DNA of 64,000 nucleotides. Origin: Pseudovirgaria hyperparasitica (lineage: Eukaryota). Positions 23,722 through 37,390 of this stretch are shown in pieces. Where the stretch lies: NCBI GenBank assembly GCA_010093815.1, contig ML996567.1; one strand, written 5' to 3'. The notes under the pieces are model-generated. The model was not told the origin of the DNA. It ran no database searches and saw only the letters and a list, made by a program, of their open reading frames with translations. Made by a program: the position numbers and the translations under genes. Positions within the stretch are counted from its first letter, which is position 1. Each line of letters starts with the position of its first letter.

Positions 23722-24107
23722 ATGTCAAGCACCATTTCGGCCCTCACAAGCACCTATACCAGCATCCTCACTACCATCAACGAGCACGCCACCATTACAG
23801 ACCCCATTACCACACTCGTCAAGACATCCGCCATCGCCATCGGGATCGCTGTTGGATATATACTCTTCTCTTGTGGGCCCACTACGTGTGGAGGCGTCCG
23901 TCAAATTCGCAGGCCATTGGCGCCTTGGGAGCACGTCATCGTGCCCAGAGATCCCAGGCGCTGGTGTCTTTGTGAGCTCGTTGACGGAGGTACGTTTGTG
24001 TTGTTTCACCATAAGGGTTAAGTATGTCTTTCTAAAGAGTTCTAGATACCAACGAGTTTGCGGCGTGTGGGAAGTGCTTCGATCGCGACCCGTATGCGTG
24101 GAAATAG
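23722..24107 (+). CDS. Small orphan single-TM protein (intron 23990-24045)
   Basis: ATG in GCAGCCATG context; hydrophobic AIAIGIAVGYILFS. A GTACGT..TCTAG intron extends the ORF to WCLCELVDGDTNEFAACGKCFDRDPYAWK*. Confidence 0.55.
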
Positions 24108-27100
24108 GGCGCTCCGGGAAGGGAGAGGAGAGAGTCGATGGTGGCTGCGGAGAAGCACCAAGTTCTAGATGGGTGGTGAGCCCACCTTTTCACTTGCAAG
24201 GGGAGGATTTGGTGTTTTGGTTCGTTAGAAAGCTTGAGATTAGATATTTCAATGAATCAATTATTGTTTGTGGTGTTACACATGTGCTATTATAAGTGGT
24301 GCGTTAAGGTTCAAGGTGTTCCTAGTCGGGAAATGGACATGACTTCCACATTCATGGTAGAGAACCTAGACGTTGTTAAACGTTCGGCTAAGCCGAGAAT
24401 TATATAGAGAGTACAGACGGTATCACGAGACTTCATGAAACGATACCTTTTCTCGCACTTTGGCCTTGAAGGCCTCATATGTTTGAAGTAGTAAGAATTA
24501 GTTATAACCAGGCTTGTGTGGATATAGTACAGCCTTATTTCCAATAACTAATGGAGAACCTTCTAATGTCATTGATTTGATGTGGGTTGCCAGGTACTCC
24601 GATCATCGGTAGGACTTTGACGTCATTCACGCGTCTTATAGTATGTTCAAACCACATAAATGGGTATATAATATCACAATAGCTCTGGCAAGATAGCTTG
24701 TCAAGATTAATATGAGCTTGAATAGAACATGTAGTTTGCTTCTACCGTAATCAGTGGAAGGTGAAGTCATTTCAGTAGGTACATGTCGTGAATTCTAGCG
24801 CTGAGAACCTCTATCAAGTACTACCTGCGCATAGGATGAACAGCAAGCGCATCCTGGCCATTATAAAACTTCCCTGTCACAATATATTAGTCAAAAGAAG
24901 AAGCCTAAACGTTCTTACAGAGTCCATGATTGACACAGCCCGCTCCAACGTCCACATACAAGCAAGAATAATAAAAAATACGTGTTGTTACAAATTTCAA
25001 AAACAAAACTCATATCTCACGGATCGAACCAGAGGTCTGATCGATGGGGAACCGAGAAAGCCGTCACCAAATTGCGCTTTTTTATCCAGTTGTGGGACCA
25101 CTCAGCCATGACCCCGAAGTGCTGGTACTGATTTCAGTTGAACTTGGATTATTTATAAAGGGCGAGACGAAGGTTGAGAAATTTCTTTAGGGTGTAGTGG
25201 CCGCGTGTACGCGACGCGCGAACAGTGTTTTGAAGCTGTATCAGGCTGCTAGGCTGCAACGGAGCACGGAAACGACTTTCCAGACTTTGTGTGCCGATCA
25301 ATCTTTTGTGTTGTTCCTTCTTGGAGCGTCATCTGATGACCGTAGTAAGCAAAGTTCGAACTGTCTGCAGAAGCGTAATAGCGCTACTATCGTGTCAATA
25401 TCGTCCCCATCGGTATTTACCGCGCACAACTCTGAACGGTCCGCCACGCAATGCAGTCAGGATCGAAGCAAATCTGCTACCGTCCTTGCGACTGCCGAGA
25501 GTATTCTGTTAAATCTCCAAACACGTTCATGTCAGCGTCATGCTGATCGACAAGGACTCTCAAAATTTTCTTCACATTGATGGAAACAAGTGTAGAGCTC
25601 TTTTACGAAGAATCAGCTTCTCAAGTGGCGTTCGGCGATTGTCTATTAATGTCACAAAGGGTCGATATTGTACGACGATATTCAGGTAGCAGGTCAGAAA
25701 GAGAGTTAAGAGAAAGTAAAATGGCAACACAGTTCGGTCAGGAAAGGAGCGAAATAGTCGGAAAAGACCGACAAAAGTAATACGAGGAAAAGGGAGCAAA
25801 TGGAGATGCTGAGAAAGAAGAGACGGTCGGTGGGGATCCTTGCTGTCGACTTGTGAAAGAGGCTGTCTGTGGAACTGAATACAATGTTTAATACCAGGAA
25901 GTGATATTAGGAAACAGCAGGAATAGGATGATCGGAGGAGATGCATTGCCTAGAAGTCAATGGAGAGTACATCGTGGTATCACCTGGGCCACATCAAACG
26001 ACTATGTATTCGAGCACATAGTGTACGGGCTTGAGTGTTCCGATGTGTAAACTGCTCCTTTGGCTAGGCTCAATGAGCGGACGGATTTCACTCACGCTTC
26101 TGGCAACCTACGTAGATTTAGCTCTTTAGTCCAAGTCTATGTCTAAGAACTTGTGTCGCTTTGATTTTGTACAAACAAAATTCCCATCCACGTTTGCAGT
26201 CCTAGGATGAGCCATATAATTCGATTGAAGCGATACTCATGCATGCTCCTCATTGGTCACAATTTCTGCACTTCGACCACACATGCGTAGACAGGCTCTG
26301 TTCTCAACATTCAAGTGGCCACGTCTCATTCCTTGGCCCACAATATTCCAGCTACAGCTCTTTAGCAACGAAACATATGGTATTCACACTAGAGGTCTAG
26401 AAAACGTGTGATACAGCGCATCATACAGAATGCAGGATAAGGGCAACCTGCAATCGATCAGCCTGCAGAGTGTTCATTGGGATAAGCGAGTAGTCAGTGG
26501 GAACGCGGCGCGGTTGGCGTTCGGAGGACATAACGGTTGGTCCACGAATATGGGACAGACGCATAAGGGTGGGGCCCTTACACACGCTGTTGGTTGAGAG
26601 AGAGAATACTGCCTACCCTTAGGAAAACAATAGTGGTAAGTGGTGTACAAGTGGATGTGGGTCAGGTTGTGTCAGAGAGGATCTTAACCGGGGAATGCTG
26701 ACTCAAGATGAGTGCATATTGACATGGCATTTGAGAATGGTCGTTAATATCAAACATCGTGTCGAGTCATAGCCACACTCAGGGCTCTTAATGCTTAGGA
26801 ACAGCTAGCCCAAAAGAAACCGCGAACATGTCCATAAACAAGTCACGATATCGACGATCCAAGTCATGTAAGTTGTGTTGCAATGACGCATGTGACTGCG
26901 TCATCCAAAGCAATAAATACAAACTCGACGCTATAATTCACCCAACACCTACTAAAGACTCACAGTTCTAGAAGCTCGGAATCACCAATACTAACGACGA
27001 TCAGACCTGCTGTGCCAGTGCTTCGGGTTTATGCCTCGACGCGGAAACATCATGCGAGCTACACGCCGATAGAGACAACTACGCAAAGTAGCCTCGCACT

Positions 27101-30100
27101 CATAAATGCTCGGCCGAATGCTAGTAGTGCTTGAAGCATTCTTGACAAAGCTTGATATGGACTTAGTGCGCTTCGTCAGCCACGTGTGTAGACGGCCTCT
27201 CCGCGTCCGGGAACGGAACGATCTTATATCCGAGAACATGGCTTTGTATACAGCCGCTAGTACTTTGGATTTTGCTATCCAGGTTTTGCAGTGTTCTCGA
27301 TAATCAAAGAATGACTTGTGCAAATTGACAGAACTGTCAGCATCCCAAGGAGTTTAGTCCAGGGCTTTGTCTCTATGTGAATGTACACTTATTACTGCGG
27401 ATCTATTCGAGTACCCATAGCCATCGAGACATATCTGTTGCTCTGTATAGAACTCCTGGGGTGCGCCTGAAGAATGATAGATGTTCAAAAAAGACACTTC
27501 TAGAACACGAAGTTTTGCTTCAAAAGCCTGCGCATGCGGGACGAAGGCGAACATTGGACCTATGAGGCTTAGATATGATTACAACATAGCAGACTATGCG
27601 CCGAAGGCGGGAACTGCTGCTGGTGCTTGACACGCCACGCATATGTGCCTCTTCTTCAGCAACATGTATCTAACATCTGCCATCATAGAGATGTAAAAAG
27701 TGTGGCAAATCATTGTTAGAGTATGCAAGGCTCTGATTGATTCCCCGAGACATGTTCCGCGGAGCCACCAATGCTGATGGTATTACCAGAGAATGCCACG
27801 GCTCCTAATGCGAAACTGGTGCTTGTCGTTGGCAACCAATCACACTGATAGTGTTATTAAAAACGGTTCGATATTCGGTCTTTTGGTTTTACTAAGTCGT
27901 AGTGATAAGTATTATGTACAGTTTCTTTATGGCGTTCCAGGGAGATAGCAAACGATGCGGAACCCCAGGCTGAATCCGAGGTCCTGCTACAGACTTGATA
28001 TCTGTGGCATATTCATGGTAGCATTCCTTACTGAGTTCTCTATGGTAAGTCGTTCAAAGCTTGAGGTAATTGTATACGAGGAGTGGGTAATAGTAGACAT
28101 TCAAATCGCCTATGTTTTTTGTTGCCGGATGATGATGTAGTCGGAGGCGTGATGGATCGTTGTTCAGCAATCAATCGAGCCAATGGGCTGCAGTGAGTGT
28201 GAATAAGTAATTCAAATCGGTATCATCAATCCAGTATCGATAGACTTGTGACGTGGGTTCCTATTATTTAAGAATACAGATCTCGTTAGCCGTAGCAAGA
28301 GAGAGGGTGATCCATGACTACGCAAGAAGGAGACGGGTTCGGGCTTAAGGCACTGTCGGCGATTCTGTAGAGCGGGCGCCGACCGTAAAACGTTGGGACG
28401 GAGCAACCTGCAAGGTAGAGGGCGGCATCGACAAGTTCCAAATATCAGAATCCGGCGGCCGGTCAGCCCCACCGATTTTCATAGAAGCCAGTCCATCTCA
28501 CCGGCCGTCTGCTGCCTCGCAAGCGATACAGCGAACAGGACTCGAGACTGACGTGAGACATACCAGTTCAGCTATGTAGCCACGACCTCGTCGTAATCCA
28601 GATCTCAGAAACCGTCGCAGGCCTCATCCAAGACTCTAAGCTCGCTGAGCCTACCACGATTCTGTCGAGGGGATGCCGTGTACCCAGCACCACTCCGGGC
28701 AAGCATACCCTCCCGCATTCGCGATCCACATTTGGTGCGCGGTCAAGAGATTACCCCTGTCTGGAAGCTGAGCATCCAGCCTCCTTGCAATAATCCTCGT
28801 GTGATGACACTAGCGCGCCAATCTGGTCGCATGAGGACAGCTATTATTCGGACTGTACACTGCGCCTATGATCAATGCAGATTCTGGGATCCTCGCAATG
28901 GTTATGTGTCATCACAGACATTCTTTACTGCCAAGCTCGATTATCATTATGATGGTTCGTTACATTCCGTGCGGCAGGTCATGTATATACTACTACTGTC
29001 ACGACATCACTCAGATAACAAGCATTGAACGCATAGATGGACAGGCGTTGTGCAGACCCCAGTGTGGATCTCAGGGACACATGCGAACTGTACAGCAATC
29101 GAACCACGACTACACCACTGCTTAAAAACACTCATCGGCAACGTCTGGTGTGCCATTCACCGAGCTTATGGGGGTACGAAGAGGTTGGAGTAAGCCTTCA
29201 GTGAGCTCTACATCGACGACAGATCCCGGTGGCAAACGATCGCCCCACATTCGACTGTTCGCAACCATCTTAAACCCCGATGCGAGTGTATCAGTGGTGA
29301 GTAGCTGAGGCTGGTGAGCTATTACAGAAAGACGATGTCATCGACAGTGTGATATTCCTATTTCGACTTTTCTCCTTCACGACTAATAGTCTAATGGGAC
29401 CTTTGAGTCTTAGCGGGTATCGATGATGACTAAGTTTTGAACCCAAAGCTGTCTATTGAGCCAAGCTTTACCAAGCCAGCAGATCTCGGTTCCAGCTGCC
29501 GCATGACACACCATCTTGCGCTCACGCGTCCCTGTTGTTCAGCCCCCGGTCGAGCCTGCAGCTTCGCGACAAGAACCCGAGCATCACAACGCATACGATC
29601 CGAGTCGGATGCGAGCAGTTGTGTCTCGGCAAATCGACTCGCAATTTATCGACTTCATCGTGTACGCAGCACAAATGAGTGACGATGGCACAGCACGAGC
29701 ATTCAGGAAAGCGAGCGTTCGAGCAACACCAGGCGGTAGATTTGACGACAAATATAGTATTCAAATCATCCCTATTGCGGGACTTAACCATATTGCGGAA
29801 TGCACTTGTCAAGATTTGCTTACAAGCAGACCACATTTGCACCATCAATCCCATCGACGATATCGCCAAAACCTTCTCTGTCACCTCAGGGACCAACCCG
29901 TTCGAAAGTCTCAACTGCACTTTCCCCCTCATTCGGACCACGTTCCTGGAATTGTGTGGCCACGGGGCTCTCAATTCTGGACAAGCATGGCCACTGCTCT
30001 TCAACAGCCAGTTGTATAGGTGCGATACGCGGCCCTTGGGCAGTACTTTCCCGCAGATACCATGTGGTTTGCGGCCTGGACCGCCGGTCCTCTCACCCGT

Positions 30101-33042
30101 ACCGTGGGTCTAACTAAACACTCACATAGGCATGATTGGGCCATCCCAGTTTGATTTAACTCCAAGACAAGGTGATCTTGTGCGCAAGCATCGATCAGAC
30201 GTCAGTGCGCTTTTGTTGAATCAGGCTCGGCGGACTGTCTGTCCTATTCGGGAGCAAGTCAGCTAAGGGCGAGTAAATTGGATCGATGGAAGTGCAATGC
30301 ACGAAGCTTGTATAGGCAAACGCTGTAGGTCTTGATATGATAAGATTCTCAGGAGACGAACTGACAATTAATGCTTGTGGAGTTTTCTAGTCGGTCCCCA
30401 GGACAACGCGTATCATTCATGGGGCTGTGCCTAGAAAATAGAAACAACGCACATTTCAAGTCTGCTGCGACCTGGGATAGATAGTCGTACCGGTTTCAGT
30501 GCGCCAGTACCTCAATATGGCTCACATAGTCACGCGTCTATCATAATGCATGAGTCATGATACGCAGATAGTGAACAGGTAAGTGGCTCCCTTACATCCA
30601 TCCATGTATGCACGGTTGTAAGGTTTTGCTTACTTGTAAAGGACTACCACTATAGCGACTTCACTATATGTTGTGCATATGGATATGTCTATACGTCAGA
30701 AGAATGAGCAACGTGACCACGAACGGCTGGCGTATCTACTCCAGCCGTACCAGAGATTTTACATGCAACCAATCAGCAGCGCACTGTGAAGCACTAACAT
30801 AGACACAGACCAATCCAGATCGTGGTTCACCATATGAGCTCTGGACAGAACCATCACAGCACACGACACAGAATCTCATTGTCAAGATACGAGTACGTCG
30901 TACACGCACCACTCGGCCAAAGAAGAGCCAAGCCACCCCACAGCTCGTGTTCCATCGTATAGAGTTTGTGTGCGTTGAACGCACACATCCATCCGCTCCA
31001 ACGGCGAACCAAGCGATCCAATCAAAACAACCCAAGCCCCCTCTCATATGTTGATAGCTCCAAACACGCGCCCCACTTCGCCTGGGCCCGCTCAACTTCT
31101 CGCATTTCTCGGACCCAACGTCGCGGAATACCTGCCCTGCACTGCCTGCGCGCATCTATGACTAAGCAGACCAGGGCTTTGAAGGGTAGGTGTGTGCAGA
31201 TGCTTGTATAGGTATCCTTTGCGATGTGTGCATCGTGACTCTTGCTCGTCAATTACGAGCAGTCAAGAGATGCTCTACTACCTAACCCCGAGAGAAGCAT
31301 GCCCGGGGTACAAGCAGAGGGATACAGCTCCGCTCGGGCCTGGCACGCGTCTTCTCCACACTTGAGACCATCCCAATCATACTCACTCATCAACATCCGG
31401 CGTTATGTTATTCTGTTAAATCCGGAGCACGTGCCTGGTACATCATGCACTGCGCACAATCAGCTGAGACAAGAGCCTGGCGAGACAGGTAGATAGATAT
31501 GCCTGAGGCAACATCACAGCACGCATCTGCATCCCATCTGCATCATCATCATCATCTCGGCATGCATCATGTCCAGCGCGTGTCACCATCATGATCATGC
31601 AGCGGGCGGCCCGACATCCGCCGGGAGAACATGGACATGAAATCATGATGCAAATGAGTATCGACTCTTGATCCTGATGATGCATCAGATCAGATAAACA
31701 CCAGGAGGGGGGTGATCTACAAGAGGAAGGTCGAAGCAGAAGCAGAAGCAGAAGGATCCCAGTCCGGGGATTCAAGGCTTACCGGCCCGCACCCGTAGTT
31801 AAAGCTAATTATATGAATAATGTCAATGATAATATCATGGCTGGAGGACTGGACAAGTCACGTAAGTAGATAAAAGGTTGAATTGCCCAAGGAGGGGGGC
31901 TCGCCAAGACTTCTACAAGGACTTGTTGACTTTGACTAAACCTGCTCGCCCTTTTGATGTGGAGTCGGAGCAAGGGGGGGGCTGTGGAGTTCAGGAGTGG
32001 GTTCTGTGAGGATTATTGCAAGTGTGGAGTATGGTTAGCGGAGTACTATGCCCCACGGATCACCGTTGCATGAGCTTATACTGCAGTGGTGTTTGCCTTT
32101 TCTGTACTACTACCTATTACCCCATGTTACTTACTATGCACTATGCACTACACTACATTACCTACCGACTTGTAGTGGAGATGTGCATCCAAGTGATCGG
32201 TTGAACTTCGCTAGTCCTTCTCTGTCGACCCTGGAAGAAAAGAAAAGAAATACGGAGATGAGCTTTGGCCCCGCCGCGATTGGCCATCACTAACCATTTT
32301 ACCATGACATACACGGTAGTCTTGCTTTGTAGATTGCGTTGGGCATTGCGCCCAGCCGCCCAGCCACCCAACCACCCGGGTAGGAGAATTTATCAATAGC
32401 CTTAGCGCGCGTAGTGATTTAGACTTATTCGAGCCAGCACCAAAACTTGCATGGCGTGATATAGGTAGTAGGTACGTAGGAAGGTGGAGCCCTCTCCGTG
32501 CAAAAAATGCGACAGCAGTTCCTGGGAAGTGACCCATTAATTATTTAGCTCTTCACGTTTTGGCCAGATTCAGGCAGAATTTATATACCAAGTCATTATA
32601 TTGATTGGGCCGCAGTTCTTGACTTACTACTTAAATTTTGGCCTTGGGCCGCACGTCTTTTACCTGTTTAGGTGTACAAGTATTAACATGAAATAATTGT
32701 TAACCCTTGTTCCAAGTACCTCATGTCCTTAGAAAGCGACTACTATGCTACCTAGAGTGGATACTACCACGATAAAGGTGCTAAGGATGCCAAGGGTAGG
32801 CTGTTCGCCAAGGAACTTATGAAAATACTAAAAGCCGCTTTCAGATAAGTAAAAATGACTCGAGGGCCAGAATAGGTCAAAGCCAGTTCCCAGCGGGTAC
32901 TAGCGTATCGACATCGCTCATAGATCTAGCAGAAAGTTTTATGGCGCAAACTGAACAGAACACGCCATCACGTGAGTCATTAGGAACTAGTGGTATGCTG
33001 TTTCACTCCAGCCAGCCTTAGGAGATATCTTGCAGAGTAGCC

Positions 33043-34119
33043 TTATGATTCCCAAGTGCGGTACACAATTCTCGTGCCGTACCTTTCACCCTGTCGCAAG
33101 ATCACCATGCTTTTGTGCTCATCGACATTGACAGCATTGACATAGCGACTAGGCTCCACACAGAATCCAGATCGTTTGCCGCGGGCTGGCTGGCCCGGTA
33201 CAGCAGGGACATCGATATACTTACCAGTATAAAACTGGAAAGCGGGCTCTGTACTGAGAACCTCGAGATGAATTCTCGAGCTTGGATGGTAGAAAGATGC
33301 CTTCAAGTCTAGAGGCTGTGGGCGCGTGTCTAGAGGGATACTGGAAGGGTCCAAATTCGATATGAAGCAGTCATCAATGTCTGGCTTCTCAGAACCAAGC
33401 GTGAAGGTCTTGTCCTTGGCCAAGCCCGGATATTCGATGATCGGGCCAGTCGGTATTCCACCGTCGTCGACCTTTTGATAGTGAATCGTAGACAAAGTGA
33501 CCTCAGTCCCACTAATATCAGGCGCTTGGGCGAGATTGAAGTAGCTAAGTCACATGAGTGAGAACACATAGCCATTGTGCAAATAATAATAAAAACGGTC
33601 CTACCTGTGATTGGTCATTCCCACAGCAGTTTCGCCGACCTCGTCACCAATCAGCTGCGCTTCGTACTCCATCTCAAGTATAGTCTTATCCACTCCGTCC
33701 TCTTTGGTGATGTGCGGCATATACCAGACCTTGGCTTCAACGGTCCCAGGAAAGCCTTCTTCTTCATGCTTACTTGTCAATGTGAACAACACAGCGTCTC
33801 TTTCGGTGCCATCGATGCTCGCGCGCTTGGTATTCTCTGCTTTCCAATCTCTCTTGCCCCATCCTTTCACACCACCATGTAGACTATTGGATCCATTGTT
33901 CGCGCTCAATTGGTAGCTTTGACTATTGAGGTGGTTGACTCGGGCACTCGAAATGCGATTCGCAATACGCCCAATCGTCTCTCCAAAGTACGGTGAATTG
34001 TGAGCGACGTAGTCTGCAGAGGTTGGGAACCCCTGCACTATGTTTTTGCCGTTAACTTCTATGGATTTGATTATAGCCCCGAGAGGTAGAAATGATACTG
34101 AAGGCAAAGGGCTTGTCAT
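33043..34119 (-). CDS. Aldose 1-epimerase / galactose mutarotase (intron 33604-33545)
   Basis: GETIGRIANRI, SLHGG, GFPG, TNHS|YFNL across the intron, DDCF, TEPAFQFYTG, GFCVEP. Confidence 0.95.
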
Positions 34120-35474
34120 GGCGGACCGGGGTATACTTTTTTGTCGATGGCGGAGAATTCCGCGAATCAGGACTCTCGTGCCTAATAATGTTGCAGTCAG
34201 CTTATGATGTTCGGGGATGAGTAAGGTTGCATTAGAGTCGGAAGAATCGCAGCGCTTTTCATAAACGATTTACAAGGGCTAGGTACCACTGTACTGAGTA
34301 ATCTGGGACTCGACAGAGGGCGGAGAATATGCGCCACTTACGGGGAAGTATGAGGATACCAAGGAGAAAGATGTGACGAGGACGAGTTCGTAGAGGATGC
34401 GCGAAACAACAGGTCTTTATGGGCCCACTGGCTGGGTGGGTTTTCGGCATGTCGAAGAACATTAGCCTATGGGCACGATCTTTGGGATCCTTGTTCGGGA
34501 GATCATTGTGTGGCTAGAGCGAAGGCTACATCGTGCATAAACGACGTCCCACCGGAGGCAAGACCCCAAAATTGTGAAGAAAAGTGCATGATTCTAGAGA
34601 TCGATTGAGCATGAAGGAGATCAAAGTGAAAATGACGTCGGCGAGCGATCAATGCAACGCGACTGAAGATGAATGTGTTGGGAGCGCGTTGAGGGGTATA
34701 CTGGGAAAGAAGGCTCCGACCGCCGATCGGCTTGTTCCCCAGGCTTCTCACTTTCGATCACTATCGCTATCAATATTAGCACCCATGGACTACTACTGCA
34801 CATTCCTTTTTCGAAGCCTCAGCCCAATTATCTGCGTACGCGGTGCTTGTTAACGGGCGCCATATTTCGGGACTTGCCGTTAAGTAGCCAGGCGAGGCCT
34901 GTGCCTGAACAGATATTTTTGATCCACACACATCTTGACTTGGGCTGAGAACTAGGCACGTGATAAGGACAGAGTTGCTAATGCCGGTGTTCCAATAGCG
35001 CCAGAAGCAACGGCGAAGCCCTCGAAAACTACTCCATAACGTCAAGTGTGAGACCTGAATAGGCGCTAACACGTCAGGTAGTGGTCAGTTGTATGCCATT
35101 GAGAGTACGTCGAGGCCGGAGCGAGTCAGTAAGATGAACAGGGTATCAATATTATTACTACTCTTGTAGATACCGTACAAGTGGTTGGAGACACCATCGA
35201 CAAAGATGTGTGCTTCATATGCACAATCTATTTGGACACATTGCATCGTCCCATTATACAGTTTCCCAAAACGCCTGAGTCCCAGCAGTCCCAATGTATC
35301 AATTCCAGTGCGCCTCAACTGCTTGTCATTGACATAGCTTGCCGCTGGTGGTATCCCTTCCAGCTCCTGAGGTGCGGTGGTCGTAATTCGTGAAGTTGCC
35401 TGAGACGATTGGTCTAGCCATTCTCGTAAAAGCTAATCTGAGCTAGCTTCATCAAGAATTGAATAGCTTTCCCA

Positions 35475-36501
35475 TCATGAGTTGCCAAAACCGTAGGAGT
35501 AGTCTCGCTGTTCCTCAGGCACGGCCCATTGATCCCATTGGGTATTTGTTTGCGTGTTGTTATTGAACAAATATTGAGGCTGGTCATATGCTAAGATGTT
35601 GTCCTCTGGCATGGAAGGATTCCCGAAGAAGGTGTCGTTGTTGGGCCAGGTTTCTGCTGCTAGCATAGGCATATCTGGTACTGCTGACGTCGATGCCCAG
35701 TTCGGATTGCTGAAGGAATCTTGGCCATCTGCACAGCTGTACGAATTCTGCCTCTCTGCACAGTTGAATGAATTTTGCCTATTGTGTGTAGGCTCTTGCT
35801 TGATGCTTTGCTGATGCGCCTGTGGGAAGAAATCGTTTGTTGGGGGTGTGATAGGAGTGATGACTGATTGTTCCCAGGAGTTGCCAGTGGGAGAAATAGG
35901 TGAGGCGACATTGGAGCTACCGTGATCGGAATCGGAGCCTATAGAGGCACCACGTCTATCTCGTAGACTAGCACCTTGCTCTAGTAGTCTAGTCCTCATC
36001 TTTGGGTAGTTTTCCTCGAAGGGGCCATAGTTTTCATAACGGATGTGCTCCTGTCCCTCTTCGAATTCAGCAGAGGAAACCATGTATAGGGCGTCGAGCC
36101 GAAGAAGCATGCTGTGAACAAGTGGATGTCCGGTCGTTTCATGTGTCTCCAAGGGCTCGCCTTCCCAGCAACCATGGGCGACACACCTCTGATAAAGGTT
36201 GCGCATGCCACGAACAAGCATAGCTTGCTGGTGTTCCAACATCTCTACATAGCTGCAGGTATATCAGCTTTGGAATTGGTGAGAGGACGAGAAATCAAAA
36301 TTACCCTTTTGGATAGACCTTGTCTTGAGCACGTTTCCTTTCGCCGAAGAGACATGACACATTGTCACTTTTGCATCGCAAGCACGGCTGTGAACCGTCA
36401 CACTTTGACTTTTTCAACCGACAGCGGTCGCACGCCTTGCAAACCCGTTTGCGCTCGACAGCTTCTACACTCGAGCCGAGTGACAAGTTTCTGGAACTCA
36501 T
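35475..36501 (-). CDS. Zn(II)2Cys6 transcription factor, short Fcr1-like type (intron 36304-36253)
   Basis: RVCKACDRCRLKKSKCDGSQPCLRCKSDNVSCLFG..VYPKG|YVEMLEHQQ..LVRGMRNLY..GHPLVHSML; low-complexity C-terminus. Confidence 0.92.
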
Positions 36502-37295
36502 GGAGACTGTGAAGGTGGGTGGAAATGTATGGAGGAAGAATATATAAAAGTGGGCAATGACGAATTTAAGTAGTTGTGGGCAAATAAATGAAGGCCTGGT
36601 TGGGATGGAGCTTGGAGTGTGGGACTGATGGTGCAATAGATGGCATAGAATGAGACTAAAGTAAACAGGACCTATGATATAAACAGTACCATGGCATTGG
36701 AGGTGGTGGAAGTTGGGGCCCAGGAAACAGTAGTTCTGGTAGTAGGTAGGTAGGTATGCAGAGGCAGGCGATATATATCGAGAATGGCAGAAAGCGCGCT
36801 ACATGACGGCAATGCGACAATGACGACTCTTTTAATGCGCAGCTCCAGGCCCAGGTCTAGGTCCCGCTTCCGTCCAGGTCAAGGTCAAGTCAAGGTTTTT
36901 CGACTGACAAGACAGCGCAGTTAAGGTCCGAGTTCACCACCGAACGTTGCGAGAGAGGATCCACCACCTTGACTGACTGATGCACGCAGGACGCCCCCGG
37001 TCCCCCCCCCTTCCCCCGGCAGTACGTAGTACACGCCAAGCAGGACTTATTGTAAATTACGGAGTGAACAACCCATGCAAGCTAACAAAGCAGGTCTAAT
37101 ATTGTGATGCCTGAGCCCCACTCGTACAGCCTGACAGACCTCTTTCGTGCATACCGGCAAAACCTTGGAACATTGGGTACGTATATTTAATACCGCTACC
37201 AGGTAGGATCTGGTACTTCCGTCTAGCGCAGACCGCGTGCACTTGCCCAGCTAGCTGCATACATACCTACTACTACGCAAACGATGACTAACCCA

Positions 37296-37390
37296 CTAGG
37301 TAGTAGTAGTAGTAGTAGTACTAGGCACCTTACCTATCCAAAGGTGGAGGTACCTCTAGTACCTCCAGTACCTCCACTACATAGGTACCG
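37296..37390. repeat. (GTA)n microsatellite followed by three GTACCTC units at 9-bp period within an inverted repeat
   Basis: GTAGTAGTA.. at about 37300-37320; GTGGAGGTAC (37344-53) is the reverse complement of GTACCTCCAC (37368-77). Confidence 0.8.

Noticed and set aside
25010..25090. GGTTCGA T-loop-like motif on the minus strand (similar ones near 2380 and 29100)
   Set aside because: No cloverleaf, acceptor stem or A-box could be built.
25780..25805. GAGGAAAAGGGAGCAAATGG resembling positions 105-123
   Set aside because: Short purine-rich low-complexity match with no flanking alignment.
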